This document shows, one piece after another, positions 60,877 through 64,000 of a stretch of DNA of 64,000 nt. Position numbers and translations under genes: made by a program. The notes beneath the pieces are model-generated. The model was not told the DNA's origin. It did no database searches and was given only the letters and a program-made list of their open reading frames with translations. Origin of the DNA: Marsupella aquatica (Eukaryota; Plantae; Marchantiophyta); the NCBI GenBank assembly GCA_973895155.1, contig OZ316893.1:3826490-3890489 (forward strand), given 5' to 3'. The stretch's first letter is position 1. Each line of letters opens with the position of its first letter.

Positions 60877-62579
60877 TTAGGAAGAACACACTTTCATACC
60901 CTTAGCTGTGGCGGGTCGCTCCGAGCATCTAGCTTTCCATGCTAGCACATTTGGAAAGTTGGATAGACCAAGATATTCACCTGCCTGATAAAAAGCGTCT
61001 AGGCAATGAACCCAAGGAAAAATTGCCATATCTGCAATAGAATACTCGTTGCCAACCAAAAACTCCTGCCCTTCCAGTTTCTTCTCCACCACGGCAAGAA
61101 GACGCTTTGTTTCTGTTGCGTATCGTTCCACTGGATATGGATGATCGCATTTCTCCTTGCCATACCTATAGAAATGTCCGAACTGTATACAATTGCACGG
61201 GCAACACAATTAAAGAAACGGCAGACGACACACATTTGGCACATCAAAAATGCATCCATACCAAGTCCCAACCTTTAACTCCAACGTATGCATCTCCCCA
61301 GAATCTAGTAATACGTGAGATTGTAGATTAACATCTAAGTAGATAATGGAACAACACAAACTCTGACCATGTGGTCAAGGAAAAGCCTGATGACAGCTTG
61401 CAGAGAGTGGACCCATGAGTCCAGACGTATTGATCCGCATTAGAGTCGACATAATTACTGATTTAAGATGCTAAACAAATATGGCATCTTAAATACTCGT
61501 ATATAGTTCAAAGGCAGGGACACCGCGGGATCTCACCTGTCCAAACATTGGTCCAACTCCAGCCATTTGAAAGAAGACCCATTGGATTGTTTCCCACTTC
61601 AATCGAGGATCATGTGAAAGAAACTTTCCACTCTTCTCAGCAAGGTAGAGCAGTATTGCACCACTTTCAAACACATTGAACGGTTTACCATCTGTGCATC
61701 AAGACCATATTACATATTCATTACAAAATTATTGATGGGATCGAGGTCGAAACTGAATGGTTTCCAAAAGAGCTACAACCAGAAATCGAAATAAACTTCC
61801 GATATCCAAAAACTGCAACTCCAATGCACATCCTATATGTAAAGATTACCCGAGCAGTCGCTAAGCTACAATAGCAATCTTTCAAACAGAACACTCGGAC
61901 AACCTGGGCCATTTGGATCGGTTATTGCTGGGATTTTAGAGTTGGGATTGACGGCAATGAATTCCGGAGTGAACTGGTCACCCTTCATGATGGATATTGT
62001 GTGTGGATTATAGTCAATGCCCATTTCTTCCAGAGCAACGCCTACCTGAAACAGTAAGACGCGACGAAAGTTCAGTTTTAAAACCGCACACAGTATCATC
62101 AACTATGTCAAGGAAACCGTGGCGTTTCGCTTCGAAATTTGCGCCTAATGACAAAACCTTCTAGCCTCTTTCTCACTACGCTGAGTAACAACCATAAGCT
62201 CCAGCGGAGACCAACACCAGAACAAGTTCCAGCAAACAGGGTGTTCGACATTGACGTTAAATTGTACAAGACTCACGTCCCGAAACCCAATAAATCTCTC
62301 TAGCAGCAAAGAACTTTTCGCCGCCTATCATTGCATGAAGGAAACAAAACCCAAATTCGTTTTCGATCACAAATCCAAATTGCAACTTCTCAATGTTTAG
62401 ACTATTCAAGGAGAGTCACGGGGAAACGATCGAGGAGGGGTGAACTGGGATAGATGCGCTGGTCAAACGAAATGGAATTTGCACAAGCGAGCGATTTTGA
62501 CAATTTGAAAAAGTTCCAAGAAGCATACCTTCATCCCATTGGGCGTTGCAAGACTATACAACTCTATCTTCGCGGCCAT
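60877..62579 (-). CDS. Glutathione S-transferase, Ure2p/Nu class (YfcG/YghU-like), 4 exons
   Basis: Exons 62579-62529, 62045-61904, 61691-61537 and 61182-60877. Motifs: [81 protein letters not shown]. Confidence 0.95.
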
Positions 62580-64000
62580 GGCGGACACTTGTCTGGACCT
62601 CTTACTGCAATAGAAATTGTACATTCGGTACATCAGTGTCGGCCTCAAAAACTACGGACACCATATTGCAAGGACACCATATTGCAAACTGGATCTTTAA
62701 CGCAAATAAGAAAGTGCTGCTCATACAAGATCACCTACTATGGATAACTAGAGGTGCCCAGGAGAATACATAATCTTCAATGCAATTGCCTGACAGCTAT
62801 CTGCCTGTGATCTGCCAGACAGAACCACATGTGCTAATCCTGGTTCTATCTGGTCCAGACGACCCCTAGAAAACCCAGTTAGTCAAATTGGACGAATTAC
62901 ACGACGGCAGCTGATTTAGAGAAAAGCTTGGTTAGATTAGAGCACCAACATTTCTTCTGCAGGGGTCACAACCAAAACCAAATCTAATTGGCTGAACTGT
63001 TACATGTCACCAGCCTCGGTTCTTGGTGGTTCGACACTCATGAATTTTCAATTCATACTCTGCTCACTCACCCGCCACCTCACACGATCGAAAGAACTCA
63101 TAATAAACAAGATAGATTATTGTGAAACAAACGCGATTCGAGCTTAAAGAACAGGACCCCACCAGCAACGACGACATGCTTATTGAGGGCCTGCAAACAA
63201 GGTTAAAAAGTCGTGCTACTGATGCAGAAAAGCACTCACACACTCAAAGCTTCGTGACCCGATTCTGTTTCCCTCACCTATGGCAATCGGATACATTCAC
63301 AAGCTACTGACTCTCTCGTCTCATATCAATCACCAAAAACGCAATGGAGCAAACAGACAGCACCAATCTACGCGATGGTGCAACCTGGCCCACCGAGTGT
63401 GGTGTAGGGATGTTGAGAGAGAAGGCTTACGAAGTCTTCCGTAGCAGGACGTGCAGTAGAATTGGGGAGCGTCTTTCTAAACCCAATCGTGAATCGAGCT
63501 TCCAGTGGGCTCAATCTCCGATACTGATCGCCGGGCGAGTGTTGCACTGTCCTATCTTTCTACCTTGTGATGAGCAACAAGGAAGCAATGGGAGCAACAG
63601 CGAAATCAACCCTCACTTTATACCACAGCTTCAGAGCTTGCTCCAGTCCTCGAATTGGAGAGGCAGATTATTCCCCCGAGCTCCAAGGTACCTTTTTATT
63701 CATTCCAACACTTAAAAAAATACCAGAGAAAGGTGAGGTTCCCCACACCTGGAACAGAATCATGGCCCACTGTGGTTCGCCGCGCTGCACTTCGTAATGA
63801 TCGCATGCAGTGGGAACAGAGCAGCTCGTCCCTTCCACTGCTCCTTCCTTCCATTCGGACTTGAGACCCGGAGTGAGCTGACGTAGTAGCGGCCATCACT
63901 GTCGCGAAGCGTCAGTGCGAGTTTCTTGCGTTTAAGGATTAGCTTTACATGTGGAAGAAATGGAATATCCTCCCCTTTGTCTAAGTGCACACTCTCAAGA

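Noticed and set aside
63696-64000. Possible last exon of a minus-strand gene entering from beyond the window
   Set aside because: An acceptor-like ACAG near 63900 exists, but no frame gives a recognisable protein; not supportable from this window alone.

Overview
Eukaryotic land-plant DNA with spliceosomal GT-AG introns. A bryophyte, probably a liverwort, is inferred from the Ure2p/Nu-type GST and the gene style; this is not proven. The left 37 kb is a transposon-rich block. It contains a copia-type solo LTR (855-1190), a LURP-one-related gene with a duplicated last exon, and a Bianca-like Ty1/copia element with identical 109-bp LTRs (5372-12394). It also contains a nest: a PIF/Harbinger element (DDE transposase plus Myb/trihelix gene) is interrupted by a full-length L1-clade LINE (15314-35358, 13-bp TSD), and the LINE is interrupted by a 10.9-kb CACTA element (16179-27044), a 2.5-kb solo LTR and a 294-bp MITE. 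The right part holds host genes (RsmG/GidB methyltransferase, LORELEI-like GPI-anchored protein, ARL8 GTPase, Ure2p/YfcG-type GST) and degraded TE remnants. The most interesting feature is the CACTA element. It carries an uninterrupted SET-domain (lysine methyltransferase-like) exon inside the predicted first intron of its transposase gene. One Zn-finger exon could be spliced in frame to either the SET exon or the transposase. The element also has a divergently transcribed TnpA-like gene bracketed by internal copies of the subterminal TTGCGA/TCGCAA motif. Together these make a candidate transposon-encoded chromatin-modifying or anti-silencing system. All splice models are read by eye and need RNA evidence.
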